DNA of 36,555 bases. It comes from a virus (taxonomy: Duplodnaviria > Caudoviricetes). Below, in pieces: positions 35,061 to 36,555 of this stretch; the stretch's first letter is position 1, and each line of letters begins with the position of its first letter. The stretch is taken from positions 1 to 36,555 of IMG/VR virus record IMGVR_UViG_3300037722_000921; one strand, written 5' to 3'. The notes under the pieces are model-generated. The model was not told where the DNA came from. It did not search any database and saw only the letters and a list, made by a program, of their open reading frames with translations. Position numbers and translations under genes: made by a program.

Positions 35061-35522
35061 TTACCAATCCAATTCCCCAAGATCCTTCATGGCCGCGATC
35101 CGCTTCCCCTGATGCGAACCCGGCCGGAACGTCCTGAATAGCCAGTCCACGATGAACTTGATGATGATGCTCACGAGGATCGAAATCAGGAACCCGCTGA
35201 CCGCGATCCGCTCCTTGACGTAGGACCGCGCGTATCGCTTCGCCGTTCGCTCGCGCCGCCGCAGTTCTCTCCGGCTCGGCGGTTGATCCTCGAAGAAGGT
35301 CAGCCAGTTCCGCGACCACGCCAATGTCAGCCGGGTCGCTTCCTCGGCGATCCCACGGCGCGGATTGGTGAGCCGATAGCCGCACGACTCGGCCGCCCAC
35401 GGCGCGATATCGTGGCGCGACAGGCTGGGGGGTTCTTTGTCGTCCATGATGATTGCCTCGGCTTCGCGGCCGGAGACGAACCGCTCCACGCGGACGTAGA
35501 TGTCGATCAGCCAGTCAAGCAT
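35061..35522 (-). CDS. hypothetical protein with one TM helix (153 aa)
   Basis: GAGG RBS; IAVSGFLISILVSIIIKFIVDWLF. Confidence 0.7.
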   Translation of the reverse strand: MLDWLIDIYVRVERFVSGREAEAIIMDDKEPPSLSRHDIAPWAAESCGYRLTNPRRGIAEEATRLTLAWSRNWLTFFEDQPPSRRELRRRERTAKRYARSYVKERIAVSGFLISILVSIIIKFIVDWLFRTFRPGSHQGKRIAAMKDLGELDW

Positions 35523-35886
35523 GGGTCAGCGCCTCGCTCGCGAGAATGTGTTCCTTCCCCGTCGTGTCCGTCGCGACGACCCGCCGGCCGAATTCCCGAA
35601 TCTCGATCGACATGATTTTTCGGCGGAACCCTTTCTTGAAGATCCAATTGAGAAGCCGCCAGTCGCTGACGAATTCCACGTCTGGAGGATTCACTGTGAA
35701 TTCGATTCCCGCCGTCCCGTCCCGAGTCGAATAAATGCGACAAGGCATCGACTCGCCGCTGCGGACCTTGAGCGATTTGGCGATGGTATGCCCGGTCTGC
35801 GTCCGCATCGCGAGCAAGGCGCGCACGACTTCCCCGAGTCCGCTCGGGATCGCCGCCGCCATGCGTTGTGCTTCTTCTGGGGTCAT
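35515..35886 (-). CDS. hypothetical protein (123 aa)
   Basis: GAGG RBS; coupled to both neighbours. Confidence 0.7.
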   Translation of the reverse strand: MTPEEAQRMAAAIPSGLGEVVRALLAMRTQTGHTIAKSLKVRSGESMPCRIYSTRDGTAGIEFTVNPPDVEFVSDWRLLNWIFKKGFRRKIMSIEIREFGRRVVATDTTGKEHILASEALTHA

Positions 35887-36191
35887 GTCCGCCTCGCGGC
35901 ACGGTACTCGTAGAGTTTCAATCTCACGAAGCGATCAATCTCCCGCGTGAACTTTTTCAGCGCCATGTCACGTTTCGCGGCAGTATCGTAGGATCGGAAG
36001 GTTGTCCACTCGCCGGTTCGACGCGGGATGTTCGGTCCGACGTACTTTCTCTCGATCACGAACGGTTTCGGAGTCCGTTGCTTTCGTCGAACTCGATGCT
36101 CGTCGCACGAACCGTCGCTGGCGGTCGAGAGAGCGTCGTACCTCTCACGACGTGTCTCCCGCTTGAGAAAGACCTTCTCGCCACGCATCAC
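35883..36191 (-). CDS. basic hypothetical protein (102 aa)
   Basis: GGAG RBS; ATGA coupling downstream. Confidence 0.6.
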   Translation of the reverse strand: MMRGEKVFLKRETRRERYDALSTASDGSCDEHRVRRKQRTPKPFVIERKYVGPNIPRRTGEWTTFRSYDTAAKRDMALKKFTREIDRFVRLKLYEYRAARRT

Positions 36192-36238
36192 TTGCTCCAG
36201 AATTTAGGACTTCCTCACGGGAAGCAGAATCCGCCGCT

Positions 36239-36553
36239 TCAATTCGAGGGTCGAACGTAAACACGCACTCGCCGACCCTGAACCTGCACCGCCGGGGGCT
36301 GAACCTGCCGCAGCCGCACGTAATCCATCCGCACCGTCCGCTCGTGGATGTCGCCGTGAAGCGAAATCAGTTCCTCGAACGAGAGCGTGTTGAGCCAATC
36401 CCGATCCAGCCGCGGATCGTGCCATAGGACGTGCGCCAGCATCCCCGCTCGCGTGCGGGTCTGCTCGGTGTAGACAGCCTGCCGAGACGATCGCAGCGGA
36501 TATCCCAAGACGATTGATGGCGGCTCCGGTTTCTTACCCGTGTACAAGTCGCT
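36239..36553 (-). CDS. hypothetical protein, probably 5'-truncated by window edge
   Basis: Frame stays open to the window end; His pattern HVLWH..WLNTLSFEELISLHGDIHE. Confidence 0.6.
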   Translation of the reverse strand, partial: SDLYTGKKPEPPSIVLGYPLRSSRQAVYTEQTRTRAGMLAHVLWHDPRLDRDWLNTLSFEELISLHGDIHERTVRMDYVRLRQVQPPAVQVQGRRVRVYVRPSN

Positions 36554-36555
36554 GA

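Overview
The window is about 36.5 kb of a GC-rich tailed dsDNA phage or prophage (Caudoviricetes) with podovirus-like organisation; it is not a complete genome. A continuous + strand morphogenesis module runs from ~4350 to 33207: putative TerS, TerL, portal, scaffold, major capsid, decoration proteins, a tandem-duplicated head-tail adaptor, fibre/adhesin-like proteins, a nozzle/stabilisation protein, a Cys-rich Calx-beta protein, three likely ejection proteins and a 2150-aa polyvalent protein (HExxH zincin motif, LPD38-like C-terminus). To its left are a translationally coupled array of small genes and a divergent RHH / hypothetical / serine recombinase operon. To its right are small, mostly minus-strand genes and a ~490-nt structured non-coding interval. 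I recognised no tape measure, sheath, polymerase, lysin, tRNA, rRNA or CRISPR array. The most notable unexplained signals are (i) a promoter-like motif TATTGA(T/G)CGTTTTC present three times, one copy heading a ~135-nt structured, terminator-ended RNA between portal and scaffold/capsid; (ii) a GLSALTGL peptide shared by the N-terminus of one virion protein and the C-terminus of another; (iii) repeated gene junctions in the small-gene array next to the recombinase; and (iv) a structured non-coding region with a terminator antisense to its neighbours. All protein calls come from motif reading and synteny; no database search was run.
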